A model generated the notes under the pieces. That model saw nothing but the letters and a program-made list of their open reading frames with translations. It was not told the origin of the DNA and searched no databases. The translations under genes were made by a program, and so were the position numbers. Below are positions 36,859-46,540 of a DNA stretch of 48,298 nt, in pieces; within the stretch, counting starts at the first letter, position 1; every line of letters begins with the position of its first letter. Source of the DNA: an uncultured Victivallales bacterium (GTDB taxonomy: Bacteria > Verrucomicrobiota > Kiritimatiellia > JAQICX01); contig CAYTUX010000282.1 of assembly GCA_964441455.1 (NCBI GenBank), forward strand, positions 1-48,298, given 5' to 3'.

Positions 36859-38298
36859 CTATGGCATATCAAAAATTTTACCCGGATTCATAATATTATT
36901 AGGATCAAAAGTTTTCTTAATTCCCTTAAGCAATGCCATATATTCAGGGGAAACAACCTGATCCATATACTTTTTACGTTTATGTCCGATACCATGTTCA
37001 CCTGAAAGCATTCCACCATTCTCTTTAAGCATTGCATAAATTTCACCAAGAATTTTGGGTACGCTATCGTGCCATTTTTCATCAGACCAATCTTCCGGAC
37101 AAGTTACACGAGCATGTATGTTACCATCACCTGCGTGACCAAAACATGGAATTATTATACCATACTTTTCAGAAATATTTTCTAAAAATCTGATTGCATC
37201 AGGAATTTGTGCCGGAGGCACAACAATATCTTCATTACACTGGCGTTTGGAAATCAAATTGAATGCTTCGGCAATATTTCTTCTGACACTCCAAATTCTT
37301 TCAGAAGTTGAAGTATTGTCAGCAACATAAACTTCTGTTGCCCCACCCTCTTTGCAAAACTTACCAATTGTTATATACTGTTGTTCAATCTCCTCCATAT
37401 CAGTTCCGTCAACAGAGATCAGAAGCATCGCACCGCAATCCTCATAAGGAAGGCTCTCATTCAAATACTCACATCCGGCTTTTACAGAAAGCTTATCCAT
37501 AAACTCAACAGATGTAGGAATTATTCCACCCTCTGTAATTATCTTCGGTACCATTGAGATTGCAGCATCGCTTGTTTTAAATAGACATAGCAAATCAGCC
37601 TGCAATGTCGGTTTAGGTATCAGTTTAAGAATAATCTTTGTAAAGATACCCAATGTACCCTCGGAACCAACCATAAGCTTAACCAAGTCATAACCGGTTA
37701 CATTCTTCACAAGTTTGCCGCCCAGTTCAACAATATCACCTGTTGGAGTAACAACTTCCAGACCAAGAACATATTGTGCGGTAACGCCATATTTAATAGC
37801 TTTTCCGCCACCGGCATTCTCCGCAACATTTCCTGCTATATAACAAGTCTCAACACTCATTGGATATCCGGCATAAAAAAGACCAGTTCCATCAAGATGC
37901 TCATTAATGTCATTTGCAACAACACCGGGCTCTACAACAACCATCATATTCTTTGTGTCAATCTCAAGAATCCTGTTCATTCTATCAATTGAAATAACAA
38001 TACCCTTGCAGCATGGAACACAACCACCCGAAAGACCACTACCGGCACCACGTGGTGTCAAAGGAACATTTTCACGATTAGCAAGCTTAACAATCTCTGC
38101 AATCTCTTCTTTGTTCGCAGGGCGTACAACAGCTTCCGGCATTGTTCTGTATGCTGGATCAGGAACTTGATCTCTTGAATACTGTTCCAGACTATCTGCA
38201 TCATCAAAAATAACATACTTATCGCCAACAATTGCTTTAAGCTGATTTACAATATTCTCAGTAACAGGATTAAAATTATACAATTCAAATTCTTTCAT
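36859..38298 (-). CDS. FAD-binding oxidoreductase, GlcD / D-lactate dehydrogenase (LctD-like)
   Basis: PCMH-type FAD domain (PRGAGSGLSGG), 479 aa, TAATG overlap with etfA. Confidence 0.88.
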   Translation of the reverse strand: MKEFELYNFNPVTENIVNQLKAIVGDKYVIFDDADSLEQYSRDQVPDPAYRTMPEAVVRPANKEEIAEIVKLANRENVPLTPRGAGSGLSGGCVPCCKGIVISIDRMNRILEIDTKNMMVVVEPGVVANDINEHLDGTGLFYAGYPMSVETCYIAGNVAENAGGGKAIKYGVTAQYVLGLEVVTPTGDIVELGGKLVKNVTGYDLVKLMVGSEGTLGIFTKIILKLIPKPTLQADLLCLFKTSDAAISMVPKIITEGGIIPTSVEFMDKLSVKAGCEYLNESLPYEDCGAMLLISVDGTDMEEIEQQYITIGKFCKEGGATEVYVADNTSTSERIWSVRRNIAEAFNLISKRQCNEDIVVPPAQIPDAIRFLENISEKYGIIIPCFGHAGDGNIHARVTCPEDWSDEKWHDSVPKILGEIYAMLKENGGMLSGEHGIGHKRKKYMDQVVSPEYMALLKGIKKTFDPNNIMNPGKIFDMP

Positions 38299-39368
38299 TA
38301 TAAGCCCTCCCTGCTTCTTGCCTTTTCAGAATGACCTGTCATGCCCTTACGCAGTGGTTTTATCTTGCCCTCACGCAGTGAGTTGCCCTCACGCAGTGAG
38401 TTTATTAAGACAGGTAAAACTTCAAAAAGATCTCCTACAATTCCAATATCCGCAACCTTAAAAATTTGTGCATCCGGATCACTATTAATGACAACAATAT
38501 TTTCAGCAGTCTGCATACCTGCAAGTTGCTGGATTGCTCCCGACACTCCGACAGAGACACAAAGTTTAGGACTAATCGTCTTGCCGCTCAAACCAACCTG
38601 ATGCAGATAGCTCAACCAGCCTCGGTCAACCACATCACGTGTGGCACCCAATGCCGCACCCAACAGATCACAAAGTTCTCTGACAAGCTTAATGTTCTCC
38701 GCACGCTTAATTCCGCGTCCTACAATAACAACCTTATCTGCTTCCTGAAGAAGCAGCTCCTCTTCAGAAAGTACGAGCTCTTTTCTAACAACATTGGATG
38801 CAAGATCAAATTCATTTCCCTTAATCCTAAGAATCTCACCATTTCTGCCGGCAACAGGTTGAGCAGGTTTGGAAGAGTGAGGGCGAACAGTAGCCATCTG
38901 GGGCAAAAAGCCTTGAGTTCTAATTGTCGCCATAATATTTCCACCAATAGCCGGTCGAGTCTGAAGAAGCTTACCCTCCTCATCAATATCAAGAACAGTG
39001 CAGTCAGCTGTCAATCCGGTATGTGCAGTCATGGCAACATAAGGCATGAGAGTTCTGCCGGTACTGGTCGCAGCAGCAATAATAATCTCCGGCTCATACT
39101 TGTCAATCAGACTAAGCATACACTTGGAATATGCCTCATTATCAAAATATTTCAATTGTGGATCTTCAATTGCAACAACATAATCAGCTCCACATGAAAT
39201 CAGCTTCTGCAATTCATCCTCAGAAAGCTTATCACCAAAAATAATCGCAGCAACATCACAACCTTTTTTTTCTTTTAAAGAAGCTGCTCTACCAAGCAGT
39301 TCATAAGAAACTCTTGAAATTTCACCTTCAAACTGCTCCGCTAAAATCCATAATTTTGCATTAATCAT
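38298..39368 (-). CDS. etfA: electron transfer flavoprotein alpha subunit (EtfA/FixB-like) with repeat-derived C-terminal tail
   Basis: The EtfA FAD-binding C-terminal domain pattern (VGLSGKTISPKLCVSVGVSGAIQQLAGM) is present. The last roughly 30 aa are encoded by tandem hairpin repeats. Confidence 0.9.
   Translation of the reverse strand: MINAKLWILAEQFEGEISRVSYELLGRAASLKEKKGCDVAAIIFGDKLSEDELQKLISCGADYVVAIEDPQLKYFDNEAYSKCMLSLIDKYEPEIIIAAATSTGRTLMPYVAMTAHTGLTADCTVLDIDEEGKLLQTRPAIGGNIMATIRTQGFLPQMATVRPHSSKPAQPVAGRNGEILRIKGNEFDLASNVVRKELVLSEEELLLQEADKVVIVGRGIKRAENIKLVRELCDLLGAALGATRDVVDRGWLSYLHQVGLSGKTISPKLCVSVGVSGAIQQLAGMQTAENIVVINSDPDAQIFKVADIGIVGDLFEVLPVLINSLREGNSLREGKIKPLRKGMTGHSEKARSREGL
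38343..38402 (-). repeat. three tandem hairpin units inside the etfA 3' end
   Basis: GCCCTCACGCAGTGAGTT occurs twice, identically, at 38367 and 38385. A diverged copy lies at 38343. On the - strand each is A-CTCAC-TGC-GTGAG-GGCAA. Confidence 0.8.
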
Positions 39369-40165
39369 TATAGAACCTCCCTTGAATCCAGAAATGAAAA
39401 AACTTTTTCAACACCATCATGAATAGCCTCATCATCCTTGCCGAAAATCAACTCACACTCTCTTGTGACTTTCGGTCTGAAAATCTTTGCTACTCTTGTT
39501 GGAGACCCATTCAGTCCAATATAATCAGGGTTCAACTGAAGCATATCAGCAGTTATCACATCAAGTTGAGTAGCTTTTGCTCTAATTTTTCCATCAAGAG
39601 TAGGCAGACGAGGAGTGGCAATTTCTTTAACAACAGTAAGTAGACAAGGCAACTTCACATCAAGCAGTTCATCACCCTGCTCAACCTGTCTGGAAAGAGA
39701 AATTCTGCCATCAGAGACAGAATAAATTTTATTTACATAACTGGCAACCGGAATTTTCAGATGTGCGGCAACCTCCGGTCCTACCTGACCTGTATCGCCA
39801 TCTGTGGCACGTTCGCCGCAGATAATCATATCAACATCGCCGAGAAACTTGACTGCCTCACCAAGAATATATGCCGTTGCCCAAGTATCAGAACCGGCAA
39901 AAGCCCTATCACTGATCAAAACACCCTTATCAATTCCCATCGACAAAGCTTCTTTAATACAAATATCTGCTTTAGGTGGTCCCATACTGACAGCAACAGT
40001 TTTTCCGCCATACTGATTTTTCAAGCTTATGGCAACTTCAATAGCATACAAATCCAGAGGATTCACAATCGACTCCACCCCTTCGCGAATAACTGTACCG
40101 GTCTCCTCATCCATCTTAACAGATTTTGTTTCAGGAACCTGTTTAATTAAAACAACAATCCTCAT
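39368..40165 (-). CDS. etfB: electron transfer flavoprotein beta subunit (EtfB/FixA-like)
   Basis: MRIVVLIKQVPE N-terminus. I chose the ATG at 40165 because GAGGA lies 6 nt upstream. TAATG overlap with etfA. Confidence 0.92.
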   Translation of the reverse strand: MRIVVLIKQVPETKSVKMDEETGTVIREGVESIVNPLDLYAIEVAISLKNQYGGKTVAVSMGPPKADICIKEALSMGIDKGVLISDRAFAGSDTWATAYILGEAVKFLGDVDMIICGERATDGDTGQVGPEVAAHLKIPVASYVNKIYSVSDGRISLSRQVEQGDELLDVKLPCLLTVVKEIATPRLPTLDGKIRAKATQLDVITADMLQLNPDYIGLNGSPTRVAKIFRPKVTRECELIFGKDDEAIHDGVEKVFSFLDSREVL

Positions 40166-40288
40166 AATATTCCTCAAAATTTCAACATTTAAAAATCTTC
40201 TGAAATTTTACAAAAAAACATACATCAAGTCTATCCCTAAGTTGAAAAAGGAAGCTTTTACGTTGATTTGACTGTTGAATTGTTTTTC

Positions 40289-40484
40289 GGTTGCCGGGAA
40301 CGCCAACCCTCTCTATTAAAACTGCAATTTAACATTAGTCTGCAAGATTCATTAGGGAGGGATGCTGTCCCCGGCGTCCGAAGGTAACGCAACGATCTTC
40401 GTTGCAAGTACAAAACACCACCTAGCTTTGCTAACAACAATTCACAACTTGCCCCAACGCAGTTGGTGCCGCCAAGCAGTAACC
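40289..40484. ncRNA. GC-rich structured element, copy B (paralogue of 1-240)
   Basis: Helices GCCGGG/CCCGGC (40293-98/40370-75) and CCCTCTCT/AGGGAGGG (40307-14/40354-61). Conserved-loop hairpin at 40321-40350. Perfect 7-bp hairpin at 40389-40405. CCAAC-GCA-GTTGG at 40454-40466. Confidence 0.5.
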
Positions 40485-40521
40485 AAAAAAAAAAGGAATC
40501 AATTTCAATTGATTCCTTTTT
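40485..40521. terminator. bidirectional rho-independent terminator
   Basis: Perfect 10-bp inverted repeat GGAATCAATT/AATTGATTCC flanked by A10 and T5. Follows the DUF1080 gene on the - strand. Confidence 0.8.
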
Positions 40522-40538
40522 GTGTTCAACATAGAGAA

Positions 40539-41279
40539 CTATTTAGCTTCGCCTATTTCACGATACCAGATGTTTCTGAATCTTACAAGGTCGCCATGAT
40601 CTTGAAGAGCCAGAGGCAGTTTAGCATCATGATGAACGTATTTAGTTGTGACTCTGTGATCTGTTGGTCCTTGAAGGACTTGAGCATTTTGTACAACAAC
40701 ACCATTAAGAAGGATTGTAGCCCTTGCCGGTGAAATCAATTTTGTTTCATCAAACTTTGGAGCTTCCCAGATAATGTCATAAGTCTGCCATTCGCCTGGT
40801 TTTCTAGAAGGATTTACAAGTGGCGGATACTGACCATAGATACTGCCAACTGTTCCGTCAGAATATGTTGGGTTATCAAAGCAGTCAAGAACCTGAAACT
40901 CATATTTTCCCATTAGGAAAACGCCGCTGTTGCCGCGACCTTGACCATCACCTTTAACAACTTCAGGTGCAGCAAATTCAACGTGAAGCTGGCAATCACC
41001 AATAAGTTCTTTAGTCTGAATGTCACCTGTACCTGGAACTACTTCCATGTAACCATTTTCAACTTTCCATCCGGCAGGAGTACTTGCGTCACCTTTTTTT
41101 GTCCAACCGGAAAGATCTGTTCCGTCAAACAGAACAACTGCATCTGAAGGAGGAAGCATGTAAAATTTTTCCTGTGACCATTCTGTTGGTTCAACAACCT
41201 TAGGTTGTGGACGCTCTCCGTCATGTACTTTATATATTGACCCCGGAATTGTCGGAGTATCATCGTATCCTAGACTCAT
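40539..41279 (-). CDS. DUF1080 (3-keto-disaccharide hydrolase-like, LamG jelly-roll) protein
   Basis: The C-terminal [18 protein letters not shown] motif is typical of DUF1080. I chose the start at 41279 (MSLGYDD, AAAGGA RBS). The tracked 41363 start runs into a conserved non-coding leader. Confidence 0.85.
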   Translation of the reverse strand: MSLGYDDTPTIPGSIYKVHDGERPQPKVVEPTEWSQEKFYMLPPSDAVVLFDGTDLSGWTKKGDASTPAGWKVENGYMEVVPGTGDIQTKELIGDCQLHVEFAAPEVVKGDGQGRGNSGVFLMGKYEFQVLDCFDNPTYSDGTVGSIYGQYPPLVNPSRKPGEWQTYDIIWEAPKFDETKLISPARATILLNGVVVQNAQVLQGPTDHRVTTKYVHHDAKLPLALQDHGDLVRFRNIWYREIGEAK

Positions 41280-41327
41280 TATTATCAGTCCTTTCGTTTT
41301 TTGTTTATTTTTAAATTTTTCTTTGTA

Positions 41328-41413
41328 AGTGAGATACGAGATGTGTGATATAAGATGCTTCATCGCTTGGCTACGCCAAGCACATCATTCCCATAAATCC
41401 CATATTTCCCATT
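41328..41413 (-). promoter_or_regulatory. conserved leader element upstream of the DUF1080 gene (paralogue of 45509-45573)
   Basis: Both copies share, in the same order, the blocks AAGTGAGAT, ATCGCTTG, the hairpin GCTTGGC-GTA-GCCAAGC and CACATCATTCCCATA. Three phased 9-nt units follow. Confidence 0.55.
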
Positions 41414-41514
41414 CCTTGCTCATTTTATTTTTTGCAAACTTACGCATGAAGAATTGAATTAACCCTCCGTCCACGCCGTCATTTGCTGTTTGTGTTCCAA
41501 TATTAACCATTACC

Positions 41515-42774
41515 TTACAGTCTTCCATCAACAATATCTTTTGGAAGACAATTTTTTATATCATAAATAACAGCATCTTTACAAGCAAGCTTTGAAAGGT
41601 CTAAGCTTTCAAACTGTTTATGTGCAACAGCAAGTACTATTGCGTCATAGTCGTCACATAGCTCGTCTTCCGGAACAATTGAGAGCCCATACTCTTCAAA
41701 TACCTCTTCCGGATCTGCCCATGGATCGTAAACTTCAACAGTTACACCAAAATCTGCCAGGGCTTCTGTCAGATCAATTACTCTTGTATTACGAATATCA
41801 GGGCAGTTTTCTTTAAAAGTAACACCCAACATAAGCACTTTTGAGTTTTTAACAATATGCCCGCGCTTAATCATTAATTTGATAATTTGAGATGCAGCAT
41901 ATTCCCCCATTCCATCATTGAGCCTTCGACCTGCAAGAATCATTTCAGGATGGTAACCAATTTCCTGTGCTTTGTGAGTTAAATAATATGGATCCACACC
42001 AATGCAATGCCCACCAACTAAACCCGGCTTGAATGGCAGAAAATTCCATTTGGTACCGGCTGCTTCCAAAACATCATGTGTGTCAATTTTAAGTATTGAA
42101 AAGATTTTTGCAAGTTCGTTTACAAAAGCAATGTTTAAATCACGCTGAGTATTTTCAATAACTTTTGCAGCCTCGGCAACTTTTATTGAGGCAGCTTTAA
42201 AAGTTCCCGCCTCTATAATAGTTCCATACAAATCATCAACAATATCTGCAATCTCAGGTGTGGAACCACTTGTAATTTTTCTGATTTTAGTTACTGTATG
42301 TTTTTTGTCCCCGGGATTTATTCTTTCAGGACTATATCCGCAGAAAAAATCTTCATTAAATTTCAAGCCGCTGAATAATTGGAGAACCGGCACGCACTCT
42401 TCTTCAGTACATCCCGGAAAAACAGTACTTTCATAGATTACAATATCATTTTTTTTCAACACTTTTCCAACGGTTTCGCTTGCCATTTTCAATGGAGTCA
42501 AATCCGGTCTTTTGTTTTTGTCGATTGGTGTCGGAACTGTAATAATAAAAACATTGCAATCCTTAATATCGTCTACAGTGCATCCATATGATAAACCTTT
42601 TGATGATTTCAGCTGTTCAGCTGTAGTTTCAAGCGTATGGTCATGAAAAGACTCAAGTTCCCTGATCCGCTTTGCATTGATGTCAAATCCAACAACAGTA
42701 TACTTTTTACCAAATTCTACAGCTAAAGGTAAACCCACATACCCCAGACCAATTATTGCAATTTTTTTATTCAT
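41515..42774 (-). CDS. nucleotide-sugar dehydrogenase (UDP-N-acetyl-hexosamine 6-dehydrogenase-like; TviB/WbpO/CapL type)
   Basis: [14 protein letters not shown] Rossmann motif and catalytic [12 protein letters not shown] chose the ATG at 42774 for its AGGAAAG RBS. Confidence 0.88.
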   Translation of the reverse strand: MNKKIAIIGLGYVGLPLAVEFGKKYTVVGFDINAKRIRELESFHDHTLETTAEQLKSSKGLSYGCTVDDIKDCNVFIITVPTPIDKNKRPDLTPLKMASETVGKVLKKNDIVIYESTVFPGCTEEECVPVLQLFSGLKFNEDFFCGYSPERINPGDKKHTVTKIRKITSGSTPEIADIVDDLYGTIIEAGTFKAASIKVAEAAKVIENTQRDLNIAFVNELAKIFSILKIDTHDVLEAAGTKWNFLPFKPGLVGGHCIGVDPYYLTHKAQEIGYHPEMILAGRRLNDGMGEYAASQIIKLMIKRGHIVKNSKVLMLGVTFKENCPDIRNTRVIDLTEALADFGVTVEVYDPWADPEEVFEEYGLSIVPEDELCDDYDAIVLAVAHKQFESLDLSKLACKDAVIYDIKNCLPKDIVDGRL

Positions 42775-42814
42775 ATCTTTCCTGTTTATCAATTTCTAAA
42801 TTGTTTTTTTATAT

Positions 42815-42873
42815 GGGCGAGGAAGATCTAGCCCCTACATCTTAATGCAATTTGGGCGAGATGCATCTCACCC
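42815..42873. repeat. two REP-like palindromes of the GGGCGA...TCGCCC family
   Basis: GGGCGAGGAAGATCTAGCCC-CTAC at 42815-42838. GGGCGAGATGCATCTCACCC at 42854-42873. Confidence 0.7.
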
Positions 42874-42958
42874 TCGAGTTTTTATTACATGCTGCGTATT
42901 AATGTGACTTTGTCAATCTTTTACTTAACACTTAGCTCGTAACACTTAACACAATCTT

Positions 42959-45460
42959 TTACATATCAAACGAAAGCTGATCTGCCAACTCTCCGGGTTT
43001 CTTCTTTTTATATCTTTTTCTGGCAATTTTTGGTTCACCTGAATCGCCATGTTCAGATTCTTCGAGATTTTGCAATATATCTTTTGCTCTGTCAATAACT
43101 TCTTTCGGCATTCCTGCAAGTCTTGCCACTTGTATACCATAACTCTTGTCTGCACCTCCCGGAACAATCTTTCTCAAGAAGGCAATCTGGTCATCTTTTT
43201 CACTAACCAGAACCTTATAATTCTTAACTCCGGACATCGTTAATGCAAGATCAGTCAACTCATGATAATGAGTTGCAAAAAGTGTTTTTGCTTTAACTTG
43301 GTTATTATTGTGAAGATACTCCGCAACAGCCCAGGCAATACTTATTCCATCAAATGTACTTGTTCCTCGTCCAATCTCATCCAAAACTATTAAACTTTTA
43401 TGAGTTGCATTATTCAGAATATTTGCAGTCTCCTGCATCTCAACCAAAAAGGTGCTTCGCCCCCTTGCCAGATCATCACTGGCTCCCACTCTGGTAAAGA
43501 CTCTGTCAACCAATGAAATATCAGCATCGGTTGCCGGAACAAAGCATCCAATGTGTGCCATAATTGTAATAATTGCAACCTGTCTGATATAGGTTGATTT
43601 ACCTGCCATATTCGGTCCGGTGATTATAATCAGTTGATTTTCACTGCAATCAAGAAGCGCATCGTTGGGAACAAACCTTTCCGAGTCCGGCATCTCTTCA
43701 ACAATCGGGTGCCGTCCTGATTTGATATTAAGTATTCCTGAATCATTCATTTTCGGTCTGACATACCTCATTGCAAGTGCCCTGTCTGCAAATGCTGTTA
43801 AAATATCTAGTTCAGCAATAGCTTCTGCTGTCTTAAGAATGTCATTCATCTTCTCAACGGCTTTTGATCTGACTTCCTGAAAAATCTGATATTCAAGTGC
43901 TTCTGACTTATCTTTTGCTCCAATAATTTTTATTTCATAATCTTTTAATTCAGGAGTGATAAAACGTTCAGCATTAACAAGAGTCTGTTTGCGAATATAG
44001 TCTTCCGGTGCATTATCTGCCTGACCTTTTGAAATTTCAATATAGTAACCAAAAACTTTATTGTGTTTAACTTTTAAATTCTTTATTCCTGTTCTTGCAA
44101 TCTCTTTAGTCTGATATTCGGCAAGCCATTTTCGTCCATCAGCAGATATCGAACGGAGTTCATCAAGTTCTTCAGAGTACCCGCTCTTAATTATGCCCCC
44201 CTCTTTTATGGTCACAGGAGGTTCATCAATTATTGTCTCATCAATCAGTTTAAGCAGTTCATTCTGAGTGACAAGCATTTCGGCTAAATCTGCAAGTTTT
44301 TCAACTTCGTGCCCCTCAATTACTTCTCGAAGGAGTGGAATAGTTCTTAAGGATTGAGCAATGGAAATCATATCTCGGGCGTTACCGGAACCGGAGTCAA
44401 TACGAATAATAATTCTTTCAATGTCTCGAATCATAGAAAGACGTTCAAGAAGTTCATGCTGTAAAATTCTGTCTTTCATGATTGCTTCTACTGCATCATG
44501 TCTGGAATTAATCTGTTCTACAGATCTTAACGGATGTAATAACCAGTCCCGCAGATGTCGACCTCCCATAGATGTTTTAGTCACATCAAGAATCTTGAGA
44601 AGAGACATGCCTGTTTTGCCGGGCAAATTTACCAGGTCAAGATTTCTGCATGTTGTTTCATCAAGCGTTACGTAGTTGTCCGCATTTCTGTATTGTAAAG
44701 ATTTTATATGATCAACTTTTCGGCGCAAATCTTCTTTAACATAAAACAGGACTCCGCCAACTGCACCTATAAGTGCGTTAAAACCTTCACATCCAAAGCC
44801 TTCTAGAGAGTGAACTTTGAAGTGTCTTTTTATGTAGTCATAAGCTGCATCATATTCAAATGTCCAATCTTCACATGATGTTATTCTATCTGACTGGTCA
44901 GGAGAAAGACCTACTCGGATCTCTTCGTCATTAACACTTGTGGATGGAAGCAGATATTCCCCGGGTGCAAATCTGATTAAACTGTCCCATACCTCACTTG
45001 AACTATCAACTTCGCTGCAAATAAAGTTGCCTGTCGAAAGATCTAGAAGTGCATATCCAAATTTTTTGCCTTTTTTGCATACACCTGCAAGATAGTTATT
45101 TTGGCGTGCATCAAGAATTGTATCTTCAGTTATTGTGCCGGGGGTAACAATGCGTGTTACTTCCCGCTTGACAATACCTTTGGCTTCAGATGGATCTTCC
45201 ATTTGCTCACATATGGCAACTTTACTCCCTGAACGAATAATTCTGGCAAGATAACCATCGGAAGCATGATGCGGAATTCCGCACATAGGCACATTGGCTC
45301 TTTTAGTAAGTGCAATATCTAAAATGCCGGAAGCACGCTTTGCATCTTCGAAAAACATTTCATAAAAATCGCCCATTCGAAAAAACAAGATTACATCTTC
45401 CGGCAATTCAGATTTTATGCGCCTATACTGCCGCATCATAGGTGTAAGTTTTTCTGCCAT
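42959..45460 (-). CDS. mutS: DNA mismatch repair protein MutS
   Basis: TPMMRQY N-terminus, GPNMAGKST Walker A, 833 aa. Confidence 0.97.
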   Translation of the reverse strand: MAEKLTPMMRQYRRIKSELPEDVILFFRMGDFYEMFFEDAKRASGILDIALTKRANVPMCGIPHHASDGYLARIIRSGSKVAICEQMEDPSEAKGIVKREVTRIVTPGTITEDTILDARQNNYLAGVCKKGKKFGYALLDLSTGNFICSEVDSSSEVWDSLIRFAPGEYLLPSTSVNDEEIRVGLSPDQSDRITSCEDWTFEYDAAYDYIKRHFKVHSLEGFGCEGFNALIGAVGGVLFYVKEDLRRKVDHIKSLQYRNADNYVTLDETTCRNLDLVNLPGKTGMSLLKILDVTKTSMGGRHLRDWLLHPLRSVEQINSRHDAVEAIMKDRILQHELLERLSMIRDIERIIIRIDSGSGNARDMISIAQSLRTIPLLREVIEGHEVEKLADLAEMLVTQNELLKLIDETIIDEPPVTIKEGGIIKSGYSEELDELRSISADGRKWLAEYQTKEIARTGIKNLKVKHNKVFGYYIEISKGQADNAPEDYIRKQTLVNAERFITPELKDYEIKIIGAKDKSEALEYQIFQEVRSKAVEKMNDILKTAEAIAELDILTAFADRALAMRYVRPKMNDSGILNIKSGRHPIVEEMPDSERFVPNDALLDCSENQLIIITGPNMAGKSTYIRQVAIITIMAHIGCFVPATDADISLVDRVFTRVGASDDLARGRSTFLVEMQETANILNNATHKSLIVLDEIGRGTSTFDGISIAWAVAEYLHNNNQVKAKTLFATHYHELTDLALTMSGVKNYKVLVSEKDDQIAFLRKIVPGGADKSYGIQVARLAGMPKEVIDRAKDILQNLEESEHGDSGEPKIARKRYKKKKPGELADQLSFDM

Positions 45461-45508
45461 ATTATTTTAGTTTATCGTTGGTCGTTAGTTTTAAATAGCG
45501 AGATGAAA

Positions 45509-45573
45509 GAAGTGAGATGTAATATGCGTTATCGCTTGACTGTGCCAAGCACATAATTCCCATATCTCTCATC
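45509..45573 (-). promoter_or_regulatory. conserved leader element upstream of mutS (paralogue of 41328-41413)
   Basis: Same block order as 41328-41413. The hairpin GCTTGGC-ACA-GTCAAGC keeps pairing only as a G-U on the - strand. Confidence 0.55.
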
Positions 45574-45623
45574 ATTTGTGAATTCTTTTATTTCTTATCT
45601 GTCTTTTTCCTTACATTCCTTCT

Positions 45624-46511
45624 TTATCCCTGCAGTTTCCCGCCTAATTCTTTAATCATAGATTCCATTCGTCTGCCATATTCAACATATGCATCATATT
45701 TAGCTTTTTCAGATGCAGATGGTCCATCGGATTCATGGAAAACAGCTTTTAGATGTGGTTCAATAGAGGTGCCTCCATCATAACCGGAGTCAATCAAGTC
45801 CTTCATAATCTTTTTGACGTCACCATCACCTTCTCCGCAATATGTGAAAATACAAGCCTGATTTTCAGCATCCCAAATGCCGTCTTTGATATGTATATAA
45901 TCAATATAATCTTTTACATTTGAGTAAAATTCCCAAGATGACTGTTTTGGATATGGTTCAGGTTTTGTAAAATCATCTGCAAATACAGGATTACCTGTGT
46001 CAAAAACAAGTCTAAGTCCAGGGACGTTTTCAACAAGTTTAAGAGTATATGTATACCCCATACCACCATAGTTCATACAGTTTTCATGAACAGGTGTAAT
46101 ACCGGCATCTTTAAAACGTTTAACAACTTCTCGTAATCTCCTGAAACGCTCTTCTTCCATCTGATCATCCGGTCCTCTATCCTTAAGAACAGCATAACTC
46201 ATAATACGAATCAGCTTTGAGTTTAGCCTATGCATTCTAGGAATAGTTCTTTCAATCTCTTTAACAGTAATGTCAAATGGGTCTGTAATCTGTTTTCCCC
46301 AATTACATATAGTAGAACCAAAGCAGTTTACTTTAATCTGTGCTTCATCTAACTTTGCACATGCAATATCAAAAGCTTCATCACTGATGTCATGAATATT
46401 CACCCCATCAATTGCTCTTGATTCAATGTTTGACCAACCTAGTTCAAGTGTAGCTTTTATCTGACCATCTAAACCGGTTGAAGCTTCATCAGCAAAACCT
46501 GTAAGATACAT
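45624..46511 (-). CDS. sugar phosphate isomerase/epimerase (xylose isomerase-like TIM barrel)
   Basis: AP-endonuclease-2/xylose-isomerase-like TIM barrel pattern (HENC..., IHIKD, EPH). Confidence 0.8.
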   Translation of the reverse strand: MYLTGFADEASTGLDGQIKATLELGWSNIESRAIDGVNIHDISDEAFDIACAKLDEAQIKVNCFGSTICNWGKQITDPFDITVKEIERTIPRMHRLNSKLIRIMSYAVLKDRGPDDQMEEERFRRLREVVKRFKDAGITPVHENCMNYGGMGYTYTLKLVENVPGLRLVFDTGNPVFADDFTKPEPYPKQSSWEFYSNVKDYIDYIHIKDGIWDAENQACIFTYCGEGDGDVKKIMKDLIDSGYDGGTSIEPHLKAVFHESDGPSASEKAKYDAYVEYGRRMESMIKELGGKLQG

Positions 46512-46540
46512 TATATATTCCTCTTTTCTAAATTAATTAT

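Noticed and set aside
38466-39197. 243-aa + strand ORF opposite etfA
   Set aside because: It is antisense to a confidently identified EtfA gene. Its sequence is low-complexity and N/S/I-rich with no motif.
40321-40361. Twister-like self-cleaving ribozyme (P1-TAA-ACTGC..AAT ... GGGAGGG resemblance)
   Set aside because: The similarity to the twister core is only superficial. The conserved AAGC(G/C)CC segment and the pseudoknot partners could not be placed.
41365-41381. Sigma-54 promoter (TGGC..N..AGC) inside the leader hairpins at 41365-41381 and 45534-45550
   Set aside because: The GG-to-GC spacing is one nt short. The -12 element reads AAGC where TTGC is expected. The sequence is better explained as a palindromic hairpin whose pairing is maintained by a G-U wobble.
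41376-41413. Short upstream ORFs starting in the ATGGGAAT repeats ([23 protein letters not shown]..., MGLMGMMCFAF...)
   Set aside because: No RBS precedes them. Their lengths and sequences diverge immediately after the motif. Two copies near 6761-6791 would encode only MGIM*. The conservation is at the nucleotide level.
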